From the IMG/VR virus record IMGVR_UViG_3300049847_000198, positions 1-64,000 of that record: DNA of 64,000 nt, one strand, 5' to 3'. The notes beneath the pieces are model-generated. The model ran no database searches. It saw only the letters and a list, made by a program, of their open reading frames with translations, and was not told where the DNA came from. A program made the position numbers and the translations under genes. Positions within the stretch are counted from its first letter, which is position 1. Each line of letters begins with the position of its first letter. Below, piece by piece: positions 1 through 8,918 of the stretch. Source of the stretch: a virus.

Positions 1-93
1 CTAGGCTACGGCTACGGCTACGGCAACGGCTACGGCTACGGCTACGGCTACGGCTACGGCAACGGCTACGGCGACGGCTACGGCGACGGCTAA
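1..93 (+). CDS. 3' end of a Gly-Tyr/Asn/Asp dipeptide-repeat protein (truncated by window edge)
   Basis: Frame 1 reads LGYGYGYGNGYGYGYGYGYGNGYGDGYGDG* (TAA 91-93); GGCTAC-type hexamer tandem repeat, a common phage low-complexity tail. Confidence 0.75.
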   Translation, partial: LGYGYGYGNGYGYGYGYGYGNGYGDGYGDG

Positions 94-185
94 AACTGCC
101 AGGCATCCAGATGTTTGCTGACGAAGAAGACGGAAGACGACGAGTAGGCTTGTGTTTTCTTTTAAGACGAACGTAGCATACGCAC

Positions 186-413
186 ATGGTTGCGACAGAA
201 TTACATCCTGCTGTCTGGACGGTATGCGATAGTTGCGGATCGCAGATGTGGACTCCGGTTTTCGATAGACCGATGAGTCCTGAAGAGCTTGAAGAGTTTC
301 ACGCTTGCTTCGGCGACGAAGCGAAGTCGCTCATGTTTCCTCAGCAGATGGAATGTCCGCATTGCCATGAGGTGTTCGATGTGGACTGTTCTCAATTAGG
401 AGTTCGTTTTTGA
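186..413 (+). CDS. small Zn-ribbon protein
   Basis: CDSC...CPHC pairs. Confidence 0.6.
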   Translation: MVATELHPAVWTVCDSCGSQMWTPVFDRPMSPEELEEFHACFGDEAKSLMFPQQMECPHCHEVFDVDCSQLGVRF

Positions 414-600
414 TCGCACCAATGGAACCATCGCACGAATCTCAGGCATCGGGTTGGCTTCCGCCGACGCCGTACTGCGTTTGGAATCGAACAAATTTCC
501 CGGACGGACACAGTCACGAGTCGTGTGTGTGCTTTTCGACCGTCGATGAACTAGTGGAATTCATCGACGGTCAAGACGACGAACCGGTAGGGCAGTAAAA

Positions 601-807
601 ATGAATCCGAATGCTTGGTATCTAAAAAAGAAGGTCTGGGTTGCAATCGTCTCCGCTGTCGGAGCAATGATCGCAGCGAAGACTGACAATCAAGACATGG
701 CCGACAAGATCGTCTACGTCGGCATGACGCTGATCGGCGCTTTAGGACTTGAAGACTTCGGGAAAGCAAAAGATCAAACGACTCCAACTGAAACGAAAAC
801 AGTATGA
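601..807 (+). CDS. small two-TM membrane protein, holin-like
   Basis: 68 aa, KKK followed by two hydrophobic segments and a charged C-tail; ATGA overlap with next gene. Confidence 0.6.
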   Translation: MNPNAWYLKKKVWVAIVSAVGAMIAAKTDNQDMADKIVYVGMTLIGALGLEDFGKAKDQTTPTETKTV

Positions 808-1580
808 AACAGCTTCGCCTGTCCGCTATCTGCTGGTCTCTATTGTTCTCTGCGGTCATCGCTGCACCGCCAGTGCCGATGATTACCACGAATCTGCAAG
901 AGGGCGGAGAGATCGTGCCAGGCGACCTGGTTGTGTTTGACGCATCAACGTCAACTGACGCCGACCTGTTCAAGTGGGATGTCGATCCAAAAAGGTTTCC
1001 TGATGGAAAACCAACCAACGAATTGTCTGCGGACGGAAAGTCAATCCGTATCGCTTCGCGTCCTGGCACATATTCGGTTTTGCTGGCCGTCGCCAACAAA
1101 GAAGAAATCGTCCTGATGCGTCGGATTGTGAACGTCGGAAAGTCGAATCCAAGCCCATTCAATCCACAGCCGTTTAATCCTGATCCTCCGAAGCCTGACC
1201 CAGCGAAGCCGACGTTTCCTGATGAGCAGTTTGGAATGTCAACGCTGGCCTATGGTGCGGCGATAGCGATGCCTGACAGAAGCAAACACAAGAGCCTCGC
1301 GATGGCATTTCGTGTCGTGGGTGGTGCTGCTGTTGCTGGCGGATATAACTCACTGAAGGAAATCGAACTCGCTTCGGTTGAAGCAAATCGCAAGGCGATC
1401 TGCGGAACAGTTGATCCGAATGGCGAAGAGGGCAAGGCAATTCGGACTGCGTATCTTCCGTTTTTCAAAGCGTTGCAGCCAAAGATCACGGAACTATCTC
1501 TCGACAAGGCTTCACTTCCCGCTCAGTACGGAAGAATGCTTATCGAAATCAGCGACGGACTAATGGCCGCAGGGAAATAG
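804..1580 (+). CDS. secreted protein with PKD/Ig-like domain, Pro-rich linker and helical C-domain
   Basis: N-terminal signal peptide; VVFDASTS..FKWDV..PGTYSVLLAV PKD-like motifs; PNPQPFNPDPPKPDP-type linker. Confidence 0.65.
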   Translation: MKQLRLSAICWSLLFSAVIAAPPVPMITTNLQEGGEIVPGDLVVFDASTSTDADLFKWDVDPKRFPDGKPTNELSADGKSIRIASRPGTYSVLLAVANKEEIVLMRRIVNVGKSNPSPFNPQPFNPDPPKPDPAKPTFPDEQFGMSTLAYGAAIAMPDRSKHKSLAMAFRVVGGAAVAGGYNSLKEIELASVEANRKAICGTVDPNGEEGKAIRTAYLPFFKALQPKITELSLDKASLPAQYGRMLIEISDGLMAAGK

Positions 1581-1582
1581 AC

Positions 1583-2509
1583 ATGCCTGACACAGCGTTT
1601 ACGCCTCTCTTCGGGTGGGCCGGAACCAGGGTCGCCGATGAGGCTTGGGAGCAGGTCGGCGTAGAGATGCCGAAGTTTCAGATCGCAGGATCGAGCCAGT
1701 CGTTCGCAGGACAATCTTTTCGTGCTTGGGAATTCGCTAGAAAGGTGTTTGGAAAAGACATTGACCGTGTCGTTCAACTCACTGGTGACTGCGTGAGTCG
1801 TTCCTCAGCAGATGTCTGCGAGTGGATTCAGTGCATCGAGATTGCGAACGGAGACAGGGAATCGTTCAAGCGAATCCTGTGCAGCTACAACTATGCAACG
1901 AGCCGCGTTCTAGTCGGAAAGAATCAGTTGCGAGGCGGTGCTGGGTCAGTCGGTTCTTGGATGGCGAAAGCGATTCAGCAGTACGGTCTTCTTGCGGATG
2001 ATTTTTCTGGAACGCCAGACTACTCTGGAAAACTGTCGGATGCTTGGGGTGACGACAAGCCGTATAACGGAATCAAGTTCAATCAGTTCATCGACGAGGG
2101 TGACAACCATCCAATTCGCACCGTCTCTCGCATCACGAAATGGGATGACCTTAGAGACGCAATCTGCAACGGGCACTTGGCTACAATCAGTAGCAATCGA
2201 GGATACGCATACAAGCCTGACTCTGACGGATTCCATCGACCAAGCGGTTCATGGTCTCATCAAATGGGAATCGTTGCCATCTCGGACAATCCATCGAAGT
2301 CATGGGTCGGTATATCTAATCAGTGGGGCGACATGTTCGGACATTTGAATGACTTTGAGACTGGCGAACCTTGGCCGATTGGTATGCTTCGCGTGCGTCG
2401 AGACGACTTTGAAAAGCACCACTTAACTTCAAGTGCTGAATGCTTTGTTTACAGTTCTTTCGACGGGTTCCCTGATCGTTCATCCGAACTCACAGGCTTG
2501 CTGATATGA
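1583..2509 (+). CDS. papain-like (C1 family) cysteine peptidase
   Basis: Q-x-x-G-D-C (oxyanion Gln, catalytic Cys), WSHQM (His), NQWG (Asn, cf. NSWG). Confidence 0.75.
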   Translation: MPDTAFTPLFGWAGTRVADEAWEQVGVEMPKFQIAGSSQSFAGQSFRAWEFARKVFGKDIDRVVQLTGDCVSRSSADVCEWIQCIEIANGDRESFKRILCSYNYATSRVLVGKNQLRGGAGSVGSWMAKAIQQYGLLADDFSGTPDYSGKLSDAWGDDKPYNGIKFNQFIDEGDNHPIRTVSRITKWDDLRDAICNGHLATISSNRGYAYKPDSDGFHRPSGSWSHQMGIVAISDNPSKSWVGISNQWGDMFGHLNDFETGEPWPIGMLRVRRDDFEKHHLTSSAECFVYSSFDGFPDRSSELTGLLI

Positions 2510-3177
2510 GACGACGCGATTTTCTGAGCACATTCTTGATTGGTAGTTCAGCTTGCTTTGCGCAAGATGGACTACTGATCGACGACCCGAATCCAGCAAA
2601 CGGATTGTTGATGGACGGCCACGAAGTCGGCGACGGTCTATTGATAGACATTCCGAAAGAAGTTTTAGAGTCTCAGAAAAAGATCGTCGTTCATCTCTAC
2701 TCGCCGACGTGGGCTTGCCCGCCATGCGATGTGGCCATCAAGGAATTGAAGGACCATATAGGCATCAAGCTAGTCGTCCATAAGGACGACGAACCACCTG
2801 GATACTTCAAAGGCAAGTCGTTTCCGATTCTGCATTGGGGGGAGGGTGATAAGTGGCAGTCTGGATGGAATGGGAAAGAAAAATTTCTAGCAAAGCTGCT
2901 TGGCGACGATTCTTCTCCACCATCCAAGAAGACGAATCAATCAATTTCGATCAAGGATTCTGGTGGTCATCACTGGTCCGTGAGCGGCGATTGGCAACCG
3001 ACATTACAGAAGACAATCAATCATCTGGTGCATGTGCATGGCTTTCAGCGTGAGCGACTGGCAAACTTGAATCTTGGTCAAGCCTTGACGCTTCACGATG
3101 CTGTGCATGAAGGGCGATTCAGTCGAGCGAAGCATGTTTCTCAGTATCAGCAGAGAACAGAGGATTGCCCAACTTGA
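2506..3177 (+). CDS. Tat-signal thioredoxin-like (CPPC) protein with His-rich C-domain; may read through UGA to 3246
   Basis: MRRRDFL twin-Arg signal; WACPPC; HLVHVH...LHDAVHE; frame stays open after TGA until TAA 3244-3246. Confidence 0.7.
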   Translation: MRRRDFLSTFLIGSSACFAQDGLLIDDPNPANGLLMDGHEVGDGLLIDIPKEVLESQKKIVVHLYSPTWACPPCDVAIKELKDHIGIKLVVHKDDEPPGYFKGKSFPILHWGEGDKWQSGWNGKEKFLAKLLGDDSSPPSKKTNQSISIKDSGGHHWSVSGDWQPTLQKTINHLVHVHGFQRERLANLNLGQALTLHDAVHEGRFSRAKHVSQYQQRTEDCPT

Positions 3178-3249
3178 CCGACAAGCAATAACGGAGCACG
3201 GTCGTACTCCGCGAAACAAAGTTCCTTTCTTTTCTTCAGGTGGTAAATC

Positions 3250-3636
3250 ATGTCAGACATAGATGCCCATGTTGCGAATTGTCTTCAGGCGAAAACGACG
3301 TTTGCAGATCAAAAAGAACTGCAAGTTGCGGGATTCGACTTCATGTCACTGATCGGCATTCTATTGCCGGTATTGACGCAACTGCTTGGCAACTGCTTCA
3401 AGACGCCTACGGCGGAAGAAATCTCGGCGCGGCTGGCGAAAGGCGAAGCCGACCCGAACGTGCGTCAGGCGGCATGGGTTGCTGTCAAAAAGGCGACGCA
3501 GGACAAGCTGCACAACGCGACCAACCTGCGACTTAGCCAAGGTCTCTGCGAGGCTTGCAGGACTGCGACTGACGAGCAACGCATGGAGTTTGTTACCGGC
3601 GTCAAGAACGTCAACGAAGACGGATTGCTGATCTAG
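3250..3636 (+). CDS. hypothetical protein with one hydrophobic segment, ends DGLLI
   Basis: ATG with AGGTGG RBS; last gene of the module before a terminator. Confidence 0.7.
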   Translation: MSDIDAHVANCLQAKTTFADQKELQVAGFDFMSLIGILLPVLTQLLGNCFKTPTAEEISARLAKGEADPNVRQAAWVAVKKATQDKLHNATNLRLSQGLCEACRTATDEQRMEFVTGVKNVNEDGLLI

Positions 3637-3714
3637 CGATATATCCGAAAAGGAATTCGGGTGGCGGTCGTCACGGACTAGGCGACTGCGGCATGATGCC
3701 GTTCTGCCGATAAA

Positions 3715-3744
3715 AACGCCGCAAGGATGCGGCGTTCGGTTTTT
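3715..3744 (+). terminator. rho-independent terminator
   Basis: AACGCCGCA-agga-TGCGGCGTT stem, then a T run; A run upstream, so possibly bidirectional. Confidence 0.65.
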
Positions 3745-3812
3745 ATGAAAGTAGACTCGCCGATCTGCTTCTGGTTACGATTATTCGTCACTCGAATTAT
3801 CGGAGCGGAAAC

Positions 3813-3935
3813 ATGGCAACAAAGAAGCCGGCAAGACGAAGACCAGCGGCAAGAGCACTAACCGCGCAAGACGCTTTCACCGGCCTGTCTGGCGGATGGA
3901 AGAACTGGTCGCAGTTTGGAATGTCGATACAATGA
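3813..3935 (+). CDS. 40-aa basic peptide resembling the N-terminus of the 4938-5387 protein
   Basis: GGAG RBS; MATKKPARRRPAARALTAQDAFTGLSGGWKNWSQFGMSIQ*. Confidence 0.45.
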   Translation: MATKKPARRRPAARALTAQDAFTGLSGGWKNWSQFGMSIQ

Positions 3936-3942
3936 AACAACC

Positions 3943-4923
3943 ATGCCGTTGAAGCGGCATGGTCTGACCGAAATCGTATCTAGGAAATACGAAATGGCTT
4001 CCACGAAGAATACTCGATGCGTCAAGAAAAATGGTATCTGGGTTGCAAAAGACGGTGCTTACGAGTCTGTTAAAATCCAGGGACTGGTTCAAGCCGGAAA
4101 TCTGTTTTATGTCGCGGAACAAAGATACGCGGTTTGGAGTTGCTGGTGCGGCGAGTTCTTTGTTAGCAATTACCAGAACGTCGCGCGAGGGAAAGTGAAG
4201 TCGTGCGGATGCTACAGAAGAGAGATCGCGAAGATGCTGAACCAAAAGGCGACCAGGAAACTCAGGAAGGCGTCTACCAGCCAGATTAGTCTGGTTGATT
4301 TTGAATCTACCGTTTCAGTTGGCTTGCAGATCGAAGGACGGGAAGTAATTGGCGTCCCGTTTCGCCTGAAATTCAATGGAAGATCGCATAATCATGCCGT
4401 TTGTCTTTGTGTCAAATGCGGACGTTTTGATGTTTGCTCAACGAGTGACATTCAGGACGCGAAGCAATGCCGCGAGTGCTACTTGTCTGAACATACGACG
4501 CATGGCAGAACCGGGCAACGACTTTTCAAAATATGGCAAAAGATGATCGACTGATGCACTCTTGGAGGATTTGGCAGCAAGCGTTACGGCGATCGTGGAA
4601 TATCCGTGTGCAACGAGTGGAAGAAAGACTACGAAGCGTTTCATGCTTGGTCGATGGCTAACGGGTATCAAGACAATCTAACCATCGACAGACAAGACAA
4701 CGATTTTGGTTACAATCCTGAGAATTGCCGCTGGACGACGATGCTCGTTCAGGCGAACAACAAATCGAACAACATTCCGATTGAGGCGTTCGGTGAGACA
4801 AAGAATCTTGCGCAATGGGCAAGAGATACTCGCTGCGTTGTTGGATCGCAGACTATCCAAAATCGAATTGCTGGTGGGCTTCAACCGGAAATTGCAATAT
4901 CGAAGCCTCCTCGATCAAAATGA
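3943..4923 (+). pseudogene. HNH-type homing endonuclease interrupted by an in-frame TGA (4552-4554)
   Basis: ORFs 3916-4554 and 4606-4923 share a frame; joined they read HGRTGQRLFKIWQKMID*C...YGDRGISVCNEW...TIDRQDNDFGYNPENCRW, with the stop where the family has W..M..RC. Confidence 0.8.
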
Positions 4924-4937
4924 CATGGAAAATCAAA

Positions 4938-5387
4938 ATGCCGAAACCGAAAGTGACCGCAAAACGCAGACCGGCGCGGAGAGTCACGGTCGGACAGACT
5001 GCTCGTGCCGTAAGTGTATTCGACAAGTATGGCTCTCTCTTGAAGATGTTTGCTAATTATGGTGCCGCAGGACTTTTTGGCGGTTACATACTTATCGTCA
5101 CTCTGCCGAACGCTCAAACGGCATTCACGACTGCTCTCGAAAAGCAAGCTGAACAGAACCGAGAAGATCGCAAGAACGGCTGGGATCACGGAGAAAAAGC
5201 CGTAGAAAAGTTGACCACTTCAATGGACCGCCTCGGCGACAAATTCGGCACAGTTCAGGCGACAACACAATCAAAGCAGGACAAAATTATTTCTGGGATT
5301 GAGCAGACCAATCAATTGCTTTCTCGTCAGATGCCGATCGCTCCCACGTTGTCGCCTTCAATCTCGAATCACAGGAACGACCAGTGA
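4938..5387 (+). CDS. single-TM membrane protein with coiled-coil tail (holin-like candidate)
   Basis: basic N-terminus, YGAAGLFGGYILIVTL TM, heptad C-terminus. Confidence 0.6.
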   Translation: MPKPKVTAKRRPARRVTVGQTARAVSVFDKYGSLLKMFANYGAAGLFGGYILIVTLPNAQTAFTTALEKQAEQNREDRKNGWDHGEKAVEKLTTSMDRLGDKFGTVQATTQSKQDKIISGIEQTNQLLSRQMPIAPTLSPSISNHRNDQ

Positions 5388-5728
5388 AAAGAAACATCTT
5401 AATCGCCGTATCATTGATTGCAGTTTCCGGTGTTGTTCTCGCTGACGCATTCAATCGTTCTGTCGAGGTGAACGATGCGAACAACACGCTTCGCGCTGTA
5501 TTGTTTGCGGTCGATAACGACAACAAGAGCGGGCTTGAGTTGCGCGATCCGAATGGAAGGACGCGGTTCTCTGTACACACGAATCAAAACCACGACCCGT
5601 TTATGAACATGATAGACGCGAACGGAAAATCACGGATCGAAATGGGATTGGCACCGAATGGAGATGCCTACCTTCTCATGAGACGCGGAAACGGGGCTAT
5701 CGTGCATTCGTTTATTGCTCCGAATTAA
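5384..5728 (+). CDS. secreted beta-hairpin-repeat protein
   Basis: signal peptide; repeats LRDPNGRTR / MIDANGKSR. Confidence 0.65.
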   Translation: MKRNILIAVSLIAVSGVVLADAFNRSVEVNDANNTLRAVLFAVDNDNKSGLELRDPNGRTRFSVHTNQNHDPFMNMIDANGKSRIEMGLAPNGDAYLLMRRGNGAIVHSFIAPN

Positions 5729-5737
5729 GGACACGCC

Positions 5738-6013
5738 ATGCTCAAGTTACTCGCTGCCGCATTGATTGCCTTGGTCTCGTGTAACGCCGAAGCCGGAGTT
5801 CGTTCTGGAAAGACTTCGCCAATCTATCCGTATCCTGGCGGGCCGCAGCCGGTGCGTTGCCACTACGAAACAAGTCTTGTCGATCAGTTAGTCGAAGTCA
5901 CTTACGTTGACGCTTGCGGGCGAATCGGCGTGTATTACTACTGGCGTCGAGTTCAGAAGCTAGTCCGTGTCTGCGAGCCAACTCACAGATACCACATCCT
6001 CGACGAAGAGTAG
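5738..6013 (+). CDS. small secreted protein
   Basis: AAGGA RBS; signal peptide ending AEA. Confidence 0.6.
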   Translation: MLKLLAAALIALVSCNAEAGVRSGKTSPIYPYPGGPQPVRCHYETSLVDQLVEVTYVDACGRIGVYYYWRRVQKLVRVCEPTHRYHILDEE

Positions 6014-6018
6014 CCGTG

Positions 6019-6237
6019 ATGGGCGACGTTCTGAATGTTGTTGCGCTGGTAAAAAACAACACGCTACCAAGCGAGACGTACCTGTTTCTTTTCGACAACG
6101 AGAGCGTCACGCAGACTTACGATCAGGTCCAGATTCTCGCAGAAGACAAAGACCTGAATCTCAATCTCCGAGACGTCGTCTTGATCTGCAAAAAGATCAG
6201 GGAAATCGAGTCGCGGCACGAACCAGACTTCGAGTAG
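6019..6237 (+). CDS. conserved hypothetical protein resembling a Planctomycete-specific family
   Basis: NVVALVK...YLFLFD...A.D.DLNL...D...ICKKIR pattern, recognised from memory of Planctomycete proteins. Confidence 0.55.
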   Translation: MGDVLNVVALVKNNTLPSETYLFLFDNESVTQTYDQVQILAEDKDLNLNLRDVVLICKKIREIESRHEPDFE

Positions 6238-6239
6238 GC

Positions 6240-6268
6240 TTTACAATTCTTGTTCGTTATGGTAAAAT
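6240..6268 (+). promoter_or_regulatory. sigma70-type promoter with TGTTCGTTAT box in the spacer
   Basis: TTTACA-17-TAAAAT with extended TG. Confidence 0.65.
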
Positions 6269-6293
6269 CTCCACTCACAAGGAGACCGAGACC

Positions 6294-6560
6294 ATGAAAG
6301 CTTTTCTGTTCGCGATTGTCGTCGCGTTGTGTGTGCCGAGCGTTTCTTCGGCGCAGTATTACCCGCAGCTTTCGCAGTTGCGTCAAGCACCGTTTCGTAG
6401 TCAACCTCGATCCAACTACGGCGTTTTCGTTCAACGTGGGAATAGCGGATACTTCTTCCAAGGCAACAATCGCCGTCCGTCGTTTCAGACGTATCAACAA
6501 GGTCGATTCACTCACGTCATTCAAGGCAATCGCCGAGTCGGAACGATTTATCGTCGCTAG
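6294..6560 (+). CDS. small secreted Gln/Arg/Tyr-rich protein
   Basis: AGGAG RBS; MKAFLFAIVVALCVPSVSSA signal peptide. Confidence 0.7.
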   Translation: MKAFLFAIVVALCVPSVSSAQYYPQLSQLRQAPFRSQPRSNYGVFVQRGNSGYFFQGNNRRPSFQTYQQGRFTHVIQGNRRVGTIYRR

Positions 6561-6565
6561 TTCGC

Positions 6566-6709
6566 GGGCGCAAGGTGTTGCGGCAGCACTAACTGGATTG
6601 ATCGTCTAGTTGTCTTGGTCTGAAAAGAATGATTCTCGCGAGATAGTTCGCTGAATGTCCAAGATTACCGCCACCGGAGGGGAACCGGGTTCGATTCCCG
6701 GTGCGTCCA
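6566..6709 (+). ncRNA. atypical 144-nt tRNA-like RNA with G3-U70 pair and an oversized insertion
   Basis: acceptor GGGCGCA/TGCGTCC+A; T-arm CCGGG-TTCGATT-CCCGG; D-like GTGTTG/CAGCAC stem; extra helices. Confidence 0.65.
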
Positions 6710-6726
6710 CTTTGAAAGGCAACGGA

Positions 6727-6999
6727 ATGCGCGACGAATATGAAGACGAAATGAGTCGCTTCCACGCCATGAATCAAAAACCGGAAAGGCAGTCCGACTG
6801 GTTGTTGGACGTTTCCTGCAAGCCGTACCTTTTCATTCCGATGGACGGCGATGCGATTATTTTCGAGTCGTCCGTTCTGTCTGATAGGTGTCCCGGTCGC
6901 TTGCTTGATGTTTACCACTCAGGCGGCGAGAAGTTGGCACATCAATGGAAGATTAAGAATCCAACTTGGCACGAAGATAATCGACGATCAGCAAGGTAA
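6727..6999 (+). CDS. hypothetical protein
   Basis: GAAAGGC RBS then ATG, in frame with ORF 6655-6999. Confidence 0.55.
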   Translation: MRDEYEDEMSRFHAMNQKPERQSDWLLDVSCKPYLFIPMDGDAIIFESSVLSDRCPGRLLDVYHSGGEKLAHQWKIKNPTWHEDNRRSAR

Positions 7000-7002
7000 A
7001 CG

Positions 7003-8175
7003 ATGCCAGAATTCAACATGGATCATTGTTGCTCGACGCTTGCCAAAATCTTGGAGGTTGGGCAAGTTTTCGAGATTCGAGCCTTGGGTGTGCGGAGAAA
7101 AGGATCGCACGGCTCGATGTCTGCTTTCGGCGTGTTCGATTCAATCCTGAAGGCGACGGGGGAGGTGGATCGGTTCCTGAAAGAGTTCGATGCAAGCGGC
7201 GTCTATTTCACGCCAAATCCGCTGATTCCTGCGGTGCTGTCGCGACGCGCTAACACGTTCGATGTTGGCTCGAAGTCCGACACAATGGCGGGTGACAACG
7301 ACGTACTGAAAAGAAACTGGTTGCTGATCGACTTGGACCCGTGGAGACCTGCTGGCGTCACGGCGTCTGACGAAGAAGTCTGTCTAGCAAAAGAGTCGGC
7401 CAGAAAGCTATTTCCGTTATTGACAGTTCACTTGAATGCCGAACCGTTGGTCCTCGAAAGCGGAAACGGCGTCCACATGATGTTTCGCTGCGATCTGCCG
7501 CGAGAGGACGATGGGTTGATTTCTCGTTGCCTGATGGCTGTTGACCGGCTTCACGAAAAACTCGGAATCAAAGGCGTGAAGGTTGATCTCGTGAACTCGA
7601 ATCCTGCTCGAATCTGGAAACTTCCGGGTTCAGTCGCCAGAAAAGGCGACGAACTTCCTTCTCAGTCGCGTTTTCATCGTCAAGCGAGACTCCTGTACGC
7701 TCCAAAAGAGCTTCAGCCGATCTCTCGCATGAAACTTGAGTCGTTTGCCGTCCCAGCCAAGACTGAACACCCAAGACGCACGGAGACGCCTTCCGTGACG
7801 CCACGAGAGCAGACTGACGCTCGCGAGTGGCTTGGAACGCACGGAATTGCGATTTCGCACACAAAACCTTGGCATGACGCGAACGCTTATGTGCTTGCTG
7901 AGTGTCCGTTCGATTCAGGGCATCGTTCGCCAGACTCCATGCTGCTTCAGTTCTCGGACGGACGGATCGTTTTTTACTGCTCGCACAACTCGTGTCGCTC
8001 TAAGGGGTGGTTTGATTTTCGCGAGATGATTGAACCGGGTTGGCGTGAAAAACGAAAGCTGGTTCCGGGGTTCGGCAGTGAGGTTCAGAGCGAACGTCAG
8101 CGTCAGATTTTGCGTTCAATGATGAGGGAAGAGTGGCTTCTTTTTCGTGAAACATGCCAGAAAGGAAATCCATGA
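7003..8175 (+). CDS. archaeo-eukaryotic primase (prim-pol) with C-terminal Zn-binding domain
   Basis: GVYFTPNP, LLIDLD (motif I), SGNGVH (motif II), NPARIWKLPGS; CPF..H...C.H.SC. Confidence 0.8.
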   Translation: MPEFNMDHCCSTLAKILEVGQVFEIRALGVRRKGSHGSMSAFGVFDSILKATGEVDRFLKEFDASGVYFTPNPLIPAVLSRRANTFDVGSKSDTMAGDNDVLKRNWLLIDLDPWRPAGVTASDEEVCLAKESARKLFPLLTVHLNAEPLVLESGNGVHMMFRCDLPREDDGLISRCLMAVDRLHEKLGIKGVKVDLVNSNPARIWKLPGSVARKGDELPSQSRFHRQARLLYAPKELQPISRMKLESFAVPAKTEHPRRTETPSVTPREQTDAREWLGTHGIAISHTKPWHDANAYVLAECPFDSGHRSPDSMLLQFSDGRIVFYCSHNSCRSKGWFDFREMIEPGWREKRKLVPGFGSEVQSERQRQILRSMMREEWLLFRETCQKGNP

Positions 8176-8480
8176 AAGACTATTGGAATACGATTGTCCT
8201 GCTGACTCTGTGCCTGTGCTTCGTAATGTGGCTGGCATCACACCTGTACCTGAAGTTCGTGTCTCAGATACGGCCAATCCCTGAACCAGACGAACAAGAA
8301 GAGAATTGGTTCTTTATCGCCAATCCAGCAGAAGCTGCTCGCAAGATTCAGGCAGGTGCAGACCTGTGCTGGAGACAGGCACGCAACGGCGACAACGGAG
8401 AGCGTCTGTGTCAGGCGTACCAGCAGGCGGCAGGGCAGATCGAAGCGGCTGTTAGTCTCATTAAGAAAGCGTCGGTGTAG
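8172..8480 (+). CDS. single-TM hypothetical protein
   Basis: ATGA overlap, N-terminal TM. Confidence 0.55.
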   Translation: MKDYWNTIVLLTLCLCFVMWLASHLYLKFVSQIRPIPEPDEQEENWFFIANPAEAARKIQAGADLCWRQARNGDNGERLCQAYQQAAGQIEAAVSLIKKASV

Positions 8481-8918
8481 CCGTGGCCAACGCGAAGTTC
8501 GCTGTGTACCTGAAAGACGTCAATCGCATTGATTTCGAGTCGATTCGTGATACGGAAGAGGCGTTGGTGCCGTACATGCACGAGTGGTACAGCGAAGACG
8601 CGAACGCCGTGGTTGCGATTGTGGACGTTCGTCTGATCGACATTCGCGACAAGGCTGAAGTCGAAAGCAAGGTCGGCAAGCAGTCAGTTCTTTTTGCAGG
8701 AGATGAAACGTGAACCGAGACGCAACGCGGGCAATGGAGAACTCTTGCCAAAACGAAATCAGAGTCGCTGACGCATGGCTGATCGACAAAGACGCAGACG
8801 AACCAACTCGCGTCTACTGGCGTCTCGTCAAGCAGGCATCGGAATTGTGGCTGGAACAGAACACCAAAAACAAAAGGCCGCTACGAAAGCGGCCAAGATT
8901 GCGACGTCCAGAAGCTGG

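Noticed and set aside
1-93. Hexamer repeat as CRISPR or telomere-like array
   Set aside because: No spacers; it encodes an in-frame Gly-X repeat ending in TAA.
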